This document shows, in pieces, positions 52,501 to 63,641 of a stretch of 64,000 nt of DNA (positions are counted from its first letter, which is position 1; each line of letters starts with the position of its first letter). This DNA comes from Tubulanus polymorphus (Eukaryota > Animalia > Nemertea): NCBI RefSeq assembly GCF_964204645.1, contig NC_134027.1:868001-932000 (forward strand), in the 5' to 3' direction. The translations under genes were made by a program, and so were the position numbers. Below the pieces are notes generated by a model. The model searched no databases and had not been told where the DNA came from. It saw only the letters and a list, made by a program, of their open reading frames with translations.

Positions 52501-55500
52501 GTACGGCGTGACCCGGTCGCGGCTGTTTACTGCCAGACGATTTCAGTTTCATATTTTTCGACGTTTTTGAAGTCGCCTCTTTTTTACTCGTGTATTGAAA
52601 TTGTAAAATGGCGTACGGTAGAATTTGTCGCGGTTTTTCGTCGGTGTCTAAATCTTCGTTGTATTCGTAAATATAAATCTACAACAAACATAAAACATAC
52701 AAAATTCAACTTAAAATGTCTGCATATCAGTGGGACTGAATTTTTGCTCAGGGACAAATAACTAATTCTAACGACCTTCATTAATTCAACACCTATCACA
52801 AAACAGCTCATTCTTTCTCTAAAATGTATCTAAATAGGCCTAATTAGTTGTAATTAACTCGGCTTGAAGTAAAGCTTAGAATTTAGCACTTGTAATTTAG
52901 TAAGCCTTGTATATAATTCACTTGACCAATTTCACCAGATGAGGGGATGATCCCCCCCAAAAAAAGAATTTGTGGCCTTTAACTGTTATTCATTTGAAAA
53001 TGCGGTTTTATTGTTATCACTTCTATCAAAAATATATATTTTTGCTTCTACGGATATTTGGATACATGAACTCTCTAACCGGGTCAAATAAAATTCAAAC
53101 TGGGATTCATGAAGAAATCAAACGAATTCAGAGTTTAGAGGGTTAAAACGAAGCTGTGCTATCAGTTTATATAACAACCATACATCTCTAAACAATCCAT
53201 TCAATATACTGAATTATTATAAAACACACACAGAGCTGATTAAATATCGGGGAATTGAGTGACATTACCTGAGACAAATCAAACTGTTGTTTTAACGACA
53301 TTTGTTCGGTTTGAGGCGTCGTTTTAGAGATGTGACAATCGAAGTTTGGAGTCGGTTCTAATTCACTGCTACCGTCCGTCATAGATTTCGTTTTTCCTTT
53401 TATGATTTTGAAAATAACGACGCAAGCTTTGTGTCCATCAACGAGGGCAGTAGGTTTGAGAATATCGGCATGACGACATAAACAAACAGCTGAAATAAAA
53501 CACGCGCAGCTCTTATAAACACCTGCTCTCAACTCGTATCCACTTGACTCACGGGGTTCATATATTGTTTAATGTATAAAACCACTCAGGAGTATGTCAA
53601 TGGAAATGAATGACTCAACTTAACTGCAGTAAGAGACAGAGTCTACTGTATCTCACTAACTCTTACTCTGTATTTGACACCAAGTCGGGATAGAATTTTT
53701 CCGGTCTCAACTTTACCGCAGTAAGAGACAGAGTCTACTGTATCTCATAAATTCAGAATTGACACCAACTCGCGGTAGAATTTTACCGGTCTCAACTTTA
53801 CCGCAGTAAGAGACAGAGTCTACTGTATCTCATAAACTCAGTATTTGACACAAAATCGGGGTAGAATTTTACCGGTCTCAACTTTACCGCAGTAAGAGAC
53901 AGAGTCTACTGTATTTCACAAACTCAGTATTTGACACCAACTATGGGTAGAATTTTACCGGTCTCAACTTTACCGCAGTAAGAGACAGAGTCTACTGTAT
54001 TTCACAAACTCAGTATTTGACACCAACTATGGGTAGAATTTTACCGGTCTCAACTTTACCGCAGTAAGAGACAGAGTCTACTGTATTTCACAAACTCAGT
54101 ATTTGACACCAACTATGGGTAGAATTTTACCGGTCTCAACTTTACTGCAGTAAGAGACAGAGTCTACTGTATCTCACAAACTCAGTATTTGACACCAACT
54201 CGCGGTAGAATTTCACCGGTCTGAACTTTACCGCAGTAAGAGACAGAGTCTACTGTATCTCACAAACTCAGAATTGACACCAACTCTGGTTAGAATTTTA
54301 CCAATTTTAATTCTACCGAAGAATACAAATGAATTCTACTCTTATTCATTTTTCTTATGAAAATTAAACTCACCCATTTTTGGATTTCCGAGGCAAGAGA
54401 ATTCACAGTTTCCAACTGAAGTTCCTTCTGAGCACAACTTTTTAGCCTGGAACACAAAAACCAGTTAATAACAAGTGAATATGATATATCATAGCGATAT
54501 TCATTAAATCACGTTTAATTACTTACTGCATCGAGATCTTTAGTGTATAGAAAAGCGTAACTATCGGTGATTTCTTTCTCTGAATATCCGGCAGTTCGCA
54601 TGTGTTTCCTTCTCTCCAAATACTGTTTAGAAAAAAATAAAGTTATTTCAATTTTTCAACTCTGTTCTAAAAACTCTGGTCGAATGAGAGGGATTAGAAT
54701 CTGGTTTATAATCCAGACTCCGCAGTCAACTGCGGCATGCGAGGATTCCACTAGTGGCAAGCGGAATCCACTAGGTGTCGCTTGTGTGATTTGGACAGCG
54801 ACGTCGCATTTTTTCGCAGATTCGATTAAAATCTATCCACAATTTCTCAAATTCTATGAATGATTAATAAGAATGAAATCACTCAAAATCGATGTGATTT
54901 TAATTTAAAATCTAGCGACAAAATTTGCTGCTTGAAATTTAGATAAAATTTGATCGAAAAATTTAACAAATTGTGATTGAATCGACCTTTTGTTTTGTAC
55001 ACCATCGATAGCTGATTGGAACAGGTGGAGTCCTAATCCTCATTTTTAACTTACCCGCGTCGTAAGGTCATCGTTATGAATGAGGAAAGCGTCCGTAAAT
55101 TGAAACGCGGAATCAGCCGTAATCGGGTTGTGAAAACTCTGAGTTACCAACGGTAAAACATCGTTTAAATATTGACGACTTTCTAAACCAACTTTCTCCA
55201 ATAATTCTATAAAATAACGATATAAGTCAATACTTCAAACCGGCTGAGTTTATGATCTTACTACAGACATCGAGTCCAGGGATGAGAACTCGGCCGGGTA
55301 AACTACAAAATCTCTTTGGGCTGTGTTTAATTTTGAATCATTGTTTGTACAATACAGAACTAAGATGCAAGTAGGCCTATTAATACCCGAACAAACTCCC
55401 AGAAGAGGACTCGAGCTACAACCAGCCTCTCAGTCAAACCCATCTCCACGACCAACATCACTGCACCAACCCGAGTACCAGCAGAATGTAATCAGCCTGT

Positions 55501-56347
55501 TTGTTGACTGAGGCTGGTTGTTACCAGGATGATGATGATGATGATGATGATGATTATTAGATTGGTCCTGGAATCCCTTCACCCAGTCCTGGCAGTGGCA
55601 GTCTCCACAGTGTATCTCCGTCGCTCTACGATCCTAGTGTAACCAACCACCCAGACACGTTCATTCAAATTCGCGTGACTTTTGCCGACACAACTACTGT
55701 CGGCATTTTTGCCTGTGTTCAAACTGCGATATCTCAGCAAATAAACAACCGATTTTGATAAATAAACTATCTATACTAACCTTATGACGTTTTGTGTTTG
55801 TTCATTATATTTGTTTGAGGATAAAACCGATTTTAGCACGATTAAATTTAAGATACAAATCGGTTTAGTGAAACTGGATTGCTAGTGGTTTAAAGTCACA
55901 GTGATTTAAGAGTATTGAGAAAATGTCGTTCGCATCTTAGTGTCTGCTGTACATCAGACACTAAGGTTCTTGGTGAAGGAATCCCTGGATTGAACATTTA
56001 TTTGTACCCCCTTTGAGCCTTGTGATGAACCGCATCATTACAACACGCATCATTTCATGCTCAACTTATGATTTGAAATAAAATGTGGGTACCAAAATGT
56101 GAAATAATCATACAAAGAGCAACCGTCAGATTATGGGTACTGATCTGTTGTATCGGATGAATCTATGTTTTTTACCTTTACGAGATTTTTTCCTTTTCGG
56201 GATCGTGAACTTTTTCAATGAATCCACATCAATGATAGTAGCATCCTCCAACTCGTGAGTACTGCTCTCAGCCATTCCTCTATCATCACGACCTCCAGCC
56301 GGAATACTGTCAGCTATATCCCGCACCTCTCTCGTCCTGTTCGACAT
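24272..56347 (-). CDS. TASOR: TASOR (FAM208A-like) HUSH-complex scaffold: pseudo-PARP/DUF3715 + SPOC + long low-complexity region + PIN-like domain; ~26 exons, up to ~3,590 aa
   Basis: Exons 56347-56176, 55206-55055, 54622-54527, 54446-54374, 53489-53269, 52678-52359, 51837-51639, 51061-50989, 50885-50715, 48673-47449, 45143-45049, 44962-44536, 44282-44134, 44058-42971, 42898-42795, 42485-42345, 41999-41843, 41590-41506, 35340-35221, 34857-30449, 27741-27425, 27186-26769, 26689-26584, 25576-25371, 24771-24622 and 24363-24272. All junctions are phase-compatible except 30449->27741. Motifs matching vertebrate TASOR as remembered: FTIPKRK, AFLIHNDDL, EITDSYAFL, CLGNPKM, RHADIL, VVIFKIIKGK, LEPTPNFDCHISK, FDLSQIYIYEY, KPRQILPYAI; C-terminal HLHQIPNSLKL, HTYTPMFVRGGLVIPDDDIL, VELLPKHDCD. 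Confidence 0.9.
25939..26051. mobile_element. Palindromic MITE (GGGCCCAGTTTCAC termini); related copies at ~25637-25746 and ~2595-2686
   Basis: cagggcccagtttcac ... gtgaaactgggccctg perfect inverted termini; the interior (ttaactcttaaatcgat...atcgatttagg) is shared with the copy near 2600. Confidence 0.75.
28269..28339. repeat. (CA)n microsatellite
   Basis: Direct read. Confidence 0.95.
28711..28929. repeat. 31-bp tandem array containing CCAAT, ~6-7 copies
   Basis: The unit ccaatcagagctagctct(c/t)cccatagtacgg starts at 28733, 28764, 28795 and onward. Confidence 0.93.
29485..29543. repeat. (AAT)n microsatellite
   Basis: Direct read. Confidence 0.9.
30449..34857 (-). CDS. TASOR: TASOR giant internal exon (4,409 nt) encoding acidic, coiled-coil, polyQ and RS-rich low-complexity segments
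   Basis: Corresponds to the 1457-aa ORF; acceptor ttttag at 34858 and a consensus donor CAG|GTAAGT at 30449/30448. Confidence 0.85.
35529..35570 (-). ncRNA. Hammerhead-like motif (Penelope-type remnant) with G12->C
   Basis: Reverse complement attc-CTGAAGA-t-GACTG[ttaggata]TAGTC-CAAA-CGTT-gaat: helix I attc/gaat and palindromic ACGT helix III. Confidence 0.45.
36197..36303. mobile_element. Palindromic MITE, CCAGTTCCACAGT family
   Basis: ggatccagttccacagt ... actgtggaactggatcc perfect 17-bp TIR; related copies at ~27996-28076, 37552-37650, 40108-40244, 45911-45968 and 59699-59769. Confidence 0.8.
38762..38868. repeat. (CA/CG)n compound microsatellite
   Basis: Direct read. Confidence 0.9.
40430..41590 (-). 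CDS. TASOR: Probable alternative terminal exon of TASOR (read-through of the 41506 donor), ~386 aa with GPPNKVII octapeptide repeats
   Basis: The frame of exon 41590-41506 stays open for 1.07 kb past the donor CAG|GTAATA to a stop at 40430; it contains 24-bp tandem coding repeats at ~41085-41250. Confidence 0.6.
   Translation of the reverse strand, partial: DEINKGAAANSADATDELPESSANSVTSGNNKNMHGKKSKNNDKNNKREANSDKTRNRSRTSCSSKPTSQHNGKSNTKPSRKPSIGPFKKPTIGPSKKPSNKTTIAPSTKPTIGPPYKPIIGPPNKVIIGPPNEVIIGSPNKVVIGPPNKVIIGPPNKVIVGPPNKVIIGPCNKPIIGQSKKPTIKPIIGPTINPTNRETKTKDTRKIIVEHIQSDRNLVTKRPVTIKSSKTTLPPERVGSVYPDDDFYHKRTDFNSNDIYKDNDSNRDKTVSNSVVRSFNPLSVNGPLLPLIPQPHPSAKPPRSFSKCFDSSTIYGPLLAPDSPASPQTSASFDPQCFTNRSTVYGPLLPPDSPEASASNAQPNRTFVFNQNLLKGINHHLGGFN
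48678..48878. repeat. 22-bp tandem array (aaacaggaaacaagtagtagtc), ~9 copies, abutting a TASOR splice acceptor
   Basis: Direct read. Confidence 0.92.
49341..50100. repeat. 65-bp minisatellite, 9 near-perfect plus ~3 degenerate copies
   Basis: The unit atgcttaaccctaaccctagcttcttattggtcagagctggtcagatggtatgcaaattgtccac starts at 49341, 49406 and onward to 49926. Confidence 0.97.
51263..51634. repeat. ~52-bp tandem array, ~7 copies, starting immediately after a TASOR splice donor
   Basis: The unit gaacccagccctc(c/t)aaagctagggtaccccgaattgctgca(a/g)ggatactac(c/t) starts at 51423, 51475 and onward. Confidence 0.93.
51965..52320. mobile_element. Tc1/mariner-like MITE remnant (CAGT...ACTG termini)
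   Basis: ta|cagtaaattctctctatagtgaa ... ttcacagtgagaggttttactg: imperfect TIRs with internal agtgaa repeats. Confidence 0.5.
52359..55206 (-). CDS. TASOR: TASOR pseudo-PARP (DUF3715) domain exons
   Basis: ELLEKVGLESRQYLNDVLPLVTQSF...AFLIHNDDLTTRYLERRKHMRTAGYSEKEITDSYAFL...LGNPKMAVCLCRHADIL...IFKIIKGK...EPTPNFDCHISK...FDLSQIYIYEYNE...PRQILPYAILQF. Confidence 0.92.
53620..54318. repeat. ~86-bp tandem array, ~8 copies
   Basis: The unit ttaccgcagtaagagacagagtctactgtat(c/t)tcacaaactcagtatttgacaccaactatgggtagaattttaccggtctcaact has period 86 (53889, 53975, 54061). Confidence 0.95.
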
Positions 56348-56366
56348 TTTAAATGACGTTTTTTAA

Positions 56367-56500
56367 TCACATTTTCTCTTGATTTTTCGCTAAGACTGCG
56401 GACACATTCGCCATGTTTAACTCTAAACCATTCACAGTTCGGTTTACAAACCAGCCGCTGGCCGACTCAGTTCTATAAAAGCCACGCTGATTGGCTGATC
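56367..56500 (-). promoter_or_regulatory. TASOR proximal promoter/5' leader with CCAAT box, YY1-like ACATGGCG and a 15-codon uORF
   Basis: The minus strand has AGCCAATCAG at ~56490, and AACATGGCG at ~56414 starts MANVSAVLAKNQEKM*, ending about 20 nt before the main ATG. Confidence 0.45.
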
Positions 56501-57051
56501 TTGAACTGATCGCTTACTCGCTTGCCAGTAGTTGAATTTGTGAGCTCGCGTGCCAGGGGTAGGAATCCAGATTATCTATGATATGTGATGTATGATGTGG
56601 GAATTCCTAAAATTGTTGTATTCTGTAAACAGTATTGATATCTATCTATAGTTGTTATTTCATGGTTCTGGTCTCTTTAATTCTCTTTAACCCGAGAGTT
56701 TGTAAGCTTATAGTTCAGATGTTCATATCATAGAACTCAGAATAGTTCAGTGTTATTAGATTTAGACGGGTTCCGCCACGATTCCCTCCTGTTAAATGGA
56801 ATATACATCAGGCTACTTTAGATAATTGCGCTCGGACAAATAATTTCTGTGAAGGTTGGAATAATTAATTCTTCAATCTTGTTGGGCATCGTCATCCCTC
56901 TATTTGGCGGATATTCAGGGACTTCAGCACGAGAATGCTGCAGTTAGTGCTATCATTGAACAAGATCGAATTGGCCAACTCCCGGCAAAGCGCATCTGTA
57001 CAAAAATGTGGACTTACAAAAACGTTCGAAAAATGTGTGCATGGATTATAA

Positions 57052-57271
57052 GGCTAAACAAAAATGATACCTTGTTTCTCCGCAGCGGCCGGGTCATTTT
57101 TGTAAAATATGATAAAATTTATAAACAGTTCATTTCTATAGCGGCCGGGTCTGTTATGGTAAAATTGATCACGATTTTAAAAAAAGTAATGTATAGGGTA
57201 GATAGGCGGCCGGCCGGGTAAACATTTAAGCTCAGCAGAGCGGAGAAACAAGGTATCAATTTTCTTTAGCC
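57052..57271. mobile_element. PIF/Harbinger-like MITE (220 bp) with TAA target-site duplication
   Basis: taa|ggctaaacaaaaatgataccttgtttctccgc ... gcggagaaacaaggtatcaattttctttagcc|taa: ~32-bp TIR and 3-bp TAA flanks. Confidence 0.8.
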
Positions 57272-60200
57272 TAATACTAGGCGGATCATATACAGAACAA
57301 TATGGTTTGGTTCTACAGTCGTTAACACAGAAAATAACAAACAACACATGAAATTTAAGAAGTTATTCAATTTTTTTATTTCCAAATGTTTAAAGGAACA
57401 GTTAATCAATGAATCATCTTTAATTCTTTATTATCGACAAGAAATGATAATTATTTCATTCATTTAGCATCCTGTATTTAATAAATATCAATTCAACCCC
57501 AGACATTTAAAGCGAACAGAATCAAGTGGGCTTCAAATCAGAGCGAAAAAACACAACTGATTAAAACCTGTTTATCACCACCAAATATTTGTCTTGTTAA
57601 CTTTACACAATTTCAACAAATCATTTTATCTATTTTACATCATCATCAATGTTATCTCCAGCTTTCAGATATCATCTCGTTATTACAGGGCTTGTATGAA
57701 TATTAATGGATCCTTATTCTAAACCAGATGACATTAAGTACTCTATGAGGTAGGCCAGAGATGTTGATATGTGGTGAATGAAATCCTTCAAACTCTCAAT
57801 ATTTCATTTAGAGCCAAGAGAACAATCTCTATCGACCTCCAATACGCATAAATTAAAACAAAAAAAAAACTTTATCATTGAGTCGAAGGATTAATTTAAA
57901 ACTTTCTACGGAAAATGTAGATATTTTCGTCTTTACGAACAAAGCTAAATCAGCAGTTTTTGTTTTTCATGTTTCAATTTGTCAGTTTGAAATCTTACTC
58001 ATTCAACATTTTCTATACATTTATATCTTGCGTCTATTTAAATACGGTTTACATAAAACTAAACAATAAATCAAGAGTCAACTGAATACAGTAAAAACTG
58101 AAGTATTTTACATGTTTCTAGATTCTGTGTTTTCGATGAAGTATCTATGGATATTTATACAGCAGACTCCGCCCTATCCGTTATCTACGCAGTTGTACAT
58201 TTGAACACTATGAAACAACTGAACATGATATTTCAAAATCAAAATATTTTTGAAGCTCCGATTCTAGGAATGTGCACAACTTCACGACAGCCAAATTTCT
58301 GGATAATTTGGTAAATTTCGAACGCAGGTCTGAAGTCTACTGTATTTTTCCCTTTAAGATTAAAAGCTCGCTGGAAGCAAAGCAGAAAAACTTTCATTCA
58401 TTGCTTTCAGATTTACATAAAATGTTCATCATATAGATTATTATTACTATAATAATTACTATCATCATTCATAATATCAATAATTATAATTGTTACAGAT
58501 ATTGTCTATAGTTGATGTATATATATATATAGAGAGGAGAATCTGAGGAATGTATTTAAGGCTACAGTTTTTACAGCATTTTTACAAAATGCTGTGGCAA
58601 GCACCAGAAATATTACTGGACAAAACCTCGTGCATCTACTTTAGGTATTTCTTCTCTAAGGAAATTCAAAAAATTGTTGAGACATCTTTTCTCTAGCAAA
58701 GTTTCAGAATTCAGACGTGGATTAACGCGGGTTAAAAACTCAAACAGTACAGTAATGAATGCGCGCAGACTATTGATCTGAAAGAGCAAAATCTGAAAGA
58801 GCAAAATACCAAGCGTAGACTAGATGTATACAGTATACAAACACAGTGAACTTCGTAAATCTGCGAAAAAGTTTAGTAATTATTTGATCTTCAAGCTGAA
58901 TTAGTTCTTTTTATGAGATAGAATAAGCTTCATTTTTTATATCGTATTCGAGAATAAATAGTTATTCAGAAAATGTACACATATTTACCGTATATATATA
59001 TATATTGTATAGAAGACAAACGTTCTTTTTTTGGTTGAAGAAATGTTGAAGATTAATTCAATATTTGGTTTTTACTTTTAACAGATTCCTTGATTAAACG
59101 TGTTAAAGATAGTTTTCGATTCAATGGTCTATTTTTTTCATTTTATGGTTTGACAACATTTTCGCAACATCACAAATTCTCCTTTCATAAATGAATTACA
59201 TTTTTCAAAGTACAATTTTTTTCATCGACCAATAAATAACCCAAAATTTAATGCACATTTTCAAATACCAGGGTATAGGAGGAAACCCTTCACTGCTTGA
59301 CCAGCTGAGTCAATCATTCAAAACAGTATCCAAAATATTTGAATTTCATCTAGAATCATACTATACCTAAATCAGTCAGTGAGAAAAAATATTGGATTCA
59401 TTTTCGAAACTTTTTCCATCAACTAAAAATTGATTTTAAAAATTTATATTGGTCAAAAATTAGAAATATTGGAGTTTGGTAAATTTCTGAAAATTAACAA
59501 TTAGTTTTAATACTTCAAAATGTATACAAACTCAGCGATATATAAATAATGAATGCTGTGATAAAACAGACACTGTTCTGAGATTGATACTGAGGGCAGC
59601 AGGCTTTCATTAGGCTGAATATTTTCGGTAAAGTAAAGGAGTTTATTTTATATATAATATTGTATTTATATATGAATATATTCATTCACGTATGTGCTGG
59701 ACCCAGTTCTACAGTTCTGAGTTAGAATGAACCATTTTTGATTCTAACTCACAACTATGGAACTGGATCCTGTTGTTTTGTTGTACTGAGAAGGTATTCT
59801 GCAAATAAAACTAACATTGAACAGAAACATTAAATATAATACATGTACAATGAATTTCACAATACACAAATCATACACACAATAACCGACCGTGTCAGCG
59901 GATCAATATCACAACAAGGTCAAGGTCAAACACCGTCATCAAGTTCAAGGCTGTTCGTTGGTTGTTATATGACATGTACTGAGTTTTGGTCACGAATTAG
60001 ATTAATATCCAGAATGAGCTAATGGTCATTTTGTTCCACAATTTACGATTTAGAACCCGAGTTCTCGATGACTATTTGAGCTACAACATTGTGTAGATGA
60101 TATTTTACAGAAAATAATGAGAAATTCTAACAGTGCTTACCGTTAATCTAAATAAAACAAGTATAATAAATAAATATATAATGCATGAAATTACAGCTAT

Positions 60201-60532
60201 GAGCTATATGAACAATGTACAGTAAGAAAAACAGCTTCATTCTCGAGTTAAACCTTGGCAAGAGACGCTTTCATATATATATCATTCATAGAGATTAATT
60301 AATTCATTGCAACTGAAGTACATTCAAAATACACAACAAACCAGTCAGTTAGTCGAGATAGAGAGCGAGCACAGGAAAATATAATGAATATTACATAAAG
60401 TTCAGTTCTCAAGTTTCGATTTTATCAAGCTTTTTTAGTCTTTGTCAATTGAAGTCGGTTAAAAAGAATGGAATAATGTTTCATCGTAACGTTGCAGACG
60501 CCATTACAGTAAACCTTGCCTAACTCGGATCT

Positions 60533-60673
60533 AAACTTGACACAGACCAAAACGTTCAAATTCTTACCTTTTAAACTCATTTTCAAACTTCTCTCAAAGA
60601 CAAACTTGACACAGACCAAAACGTTCAAATTCTTACCTTTTAAACTCATTTTCAAACTTCTCTCAAAGACAAA
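60533..60673. repeat. Exact 69-bp tandem duplication
   Basis: aaacttgacacagaccaaaacgttcaaattcttacc...cttctctcaaagac occurs twice. Confidence 0.9.
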
Positions 60674-63641
60674 ATTTTGACATCTTTCATTTTCCTAAAT
60701 TAAGGTTTACTTTTAACCATTAGATCCATCAAGTTGGCCGCACTTTTCTCATCGTAGATGGAAAATATCATCAATGAGAACTTTACTTTATGATGATCCG
60801 TTCACAAATAAATAAAATTTGCGTCGCAGGTTATCTTTTCTATGTTTATCACTACACAAGCATTCTCATTTTTCTAACTATTCGTTTTTAAGTCTGGACT
60901 TTTCGTATATTGTTCTGAGTTATATATATAAAAATATACATTAAGTCGTAGTTAATGTCGTTAGATGTTTTTGAGCACTTTTTTGGATATGAAATACATA
61001 ACACACGCACACACATGCGCACACACACGCGCACACATGTGAGTTCAACATAAACCCACACAGGTAGAGCAGCGATCAGTGCGTCACGACTCCAGTCAGT
61101 ATATCTAGGCGGCGAGCAGGAGAAAGCGCTATATACATATGATATATATATATATATATACCGTGGTGTATGTATCATGTATTAGAAGTTTGTGTTTATT
61201 TACAAGAGGAAAATGTTTGCGTAACTTTGTGGAAGTTTACAAATTACAAATAATCCTCCTTCTGATTATTCCATATATTTCTTCTTTCTATGTATATTAT
61301 TTACACAAATATTCCCCCCCCCCCCCCACACACACACAAATACGATTTATATTTTAAAAAAAACCTAATGAATCAGATTTTAAAAAAACTACTGATGTCT
61401 GAAAAAAATGGTGGCAGTGGCCGAACCTCATTTTAACTGATCTCGACCCCCAATAACTTTCAGACCCTTTAATGACTACCTCTATTATCACCCAATGACA
61501 TCATCAAATTGACTAGTGATTTCATTTACAAAATGAAGCTCAATTAAGATCGATATGGCTATTTAGTGATGTCATATAGGAGGTATTTCTGAAGGTCAAC
61601 ATTTCCAAAAGGGTTTAAAGCTCATTCCACCACTAGGGGTCGGCACAATACGGCCCCCACGCTGTATATCCAAACAGAATCGGTTATAACGAGGTTTAAC
61701 CCTACCACAGGAAAAAAAGATCGTAGTACTTAACAAAATTAAACCTTCCGAACTAAATGATCAGTATTAATTTAGGCTACGATCGCGTAATAAAAGATTA
61801 ACATCAATTCACTCAGTTGATCTGACTAATAATAGATGATCGAACGTCTATAAGATCATTGAAATATGAAGAACAGACGATTCTTCTATATTTTAACAGC
61901 ACAGTAAATGCTGCAACATGCATAATATGTGTGTGTTTCGTTTGCTTATTTTATGAAAGACTTCGGTAATATTTTTGTTGCCGCGGTTGCAACAATGATG
62001 TGTGGGAAGCGTGCTCCCGACAACGCGACGGGAGAATATCGTAAATTAAGATTAGGGATCAGCGAGTTTAGTTATTTTATCGAGATTAGTTCCGTCTAAT
62101 TTGAAAGAATTAAGTATTTTTTTTTTAAAGAAATGAAAACGATATTTGTAGGGAGATGATTTCGATATCGAAAAGTTAAAGCTTTTATCTCAAAAGTCGT
62201 CTTTTGATGCGAAAGTTTTTCGAATGATTCATGAAAGCTTTATGGTTGCAGAGTGCAGTAGAATGAGGTCAGGTTTGATCTGATATTAGATAAATCACCC
62301 TCATCATCCTGAAGTCAGTACATGTAATGATACATGTCGCTGATGTTGTCTTAGTCGTGACTTTCATTGTATTGATTATTCATCCAAATGATGACTTACA
62401 TGAGTTTGACTATTGACTACTGGTAATCAATTGTTTGACATGTATTGAAGTCTATCTGAGAATTAGTAAAGAATTCAAGCGAGAATCATCTTTTCAGAAG
62501 CCTACCAAGTTGTCAAACCGGGGCGCCATTCCACAGCCTCGATGAGACATGAACTTAAACCGGTTCTATTTAAATAAGTCTGAGAAACTGGACCTCGAAC
62601 CACTGCATCCTCTCCCATCCTACTGTCTGTACGGGTGACTGTGTTATAGTGATTTTAAATGCAAACTATCAAATTTTCAGACTTCAAATTCTAAGTCGGT
62701 AAACCACGTTCGCGCAGGCAGTCTTATTTCTGCATTGTTCCCATCGTTTTGTTATGTTTTTGTTTAAAGTTTTAAATACAGACTATTTACAACTACTAAT
62801 ACTGTGGTGTCAATGAAATTTTTACAGTTTCAAATCAATCGTTTTTTCTACAATATCTCAATTTTTTCCATTTTTTTTTGGAATGAGAAAAATTAGTGTA
62901 AAATGAAACTTATACTTTTGTAGTAATAACTGTTTACGATGATGAAATCAGTCTATTTTTTTGGTTCTCTTCCTCTGAGCCCCTCGACGAATACCGCGAG
63001 TCCAGTTCCACAGTTGTCGGTCAAATTTGATTCATTAATAGTTCTTCAAAATGTTTTTAGAACACAGTTCTTGGTTTTGATTCTAAAAATTACTAAATCT
63101 AACAGAGAACTGTTGAAGTTTTAATTTGTAAAGAAGTGCAACCACTTATTTGAGGTATGAAGCTACAAACCTTACTCTTGATCCTCGTGGCCCACATAAA
63201 GTTATCCTTAGGAAAGAATCCTCTCAACTGCGATGAAATAAGACACGAATTTGCAATTTTGCATGATGTCAATTTCATCTCTCTCTGATCGATGAGTTTT
63301 GATCCATCCATGAATCCGAAACACGACTTCAAATATCTGAGTTAACTGAATTTCGAAAGACAACTAGATGTTTTTTTTACGTTTTTTTTTTTAATGGAAC
63401 CAACCTCAAATGTGGGTTCGTTTATTCACCGTTTTATAAAATAAGAGAAGAGTTTATCGTCGCACAGAGAGAATATTCAACCCACAAAAATATCGAAGAA
63501 AACATATTCACATTTTTTTTTCAATGAATTCATCAGTCGTAGCAACGAAAAAGTAAAGTTTCATTTTACCCGGAAATTTCTCGCAGAAAAAAATACAGAT
63601 TACAAGATTATTTTACTGTACAGCAATTTACGAAATCCTCC

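Noticed and set aside
53620-54318. 86-bp repeats with a conserved part and a variable part (CRISPR-like)
   Set aside because: The variable parts are clearly homologous to each other, so this is an ordinary minisatellite in an intron.
57300-63600. Possible additional gene upstream of TASOR
   Set aside because: AT-rich, UTR- or intergenic-like sequence; I could not build a convincing exon chain.
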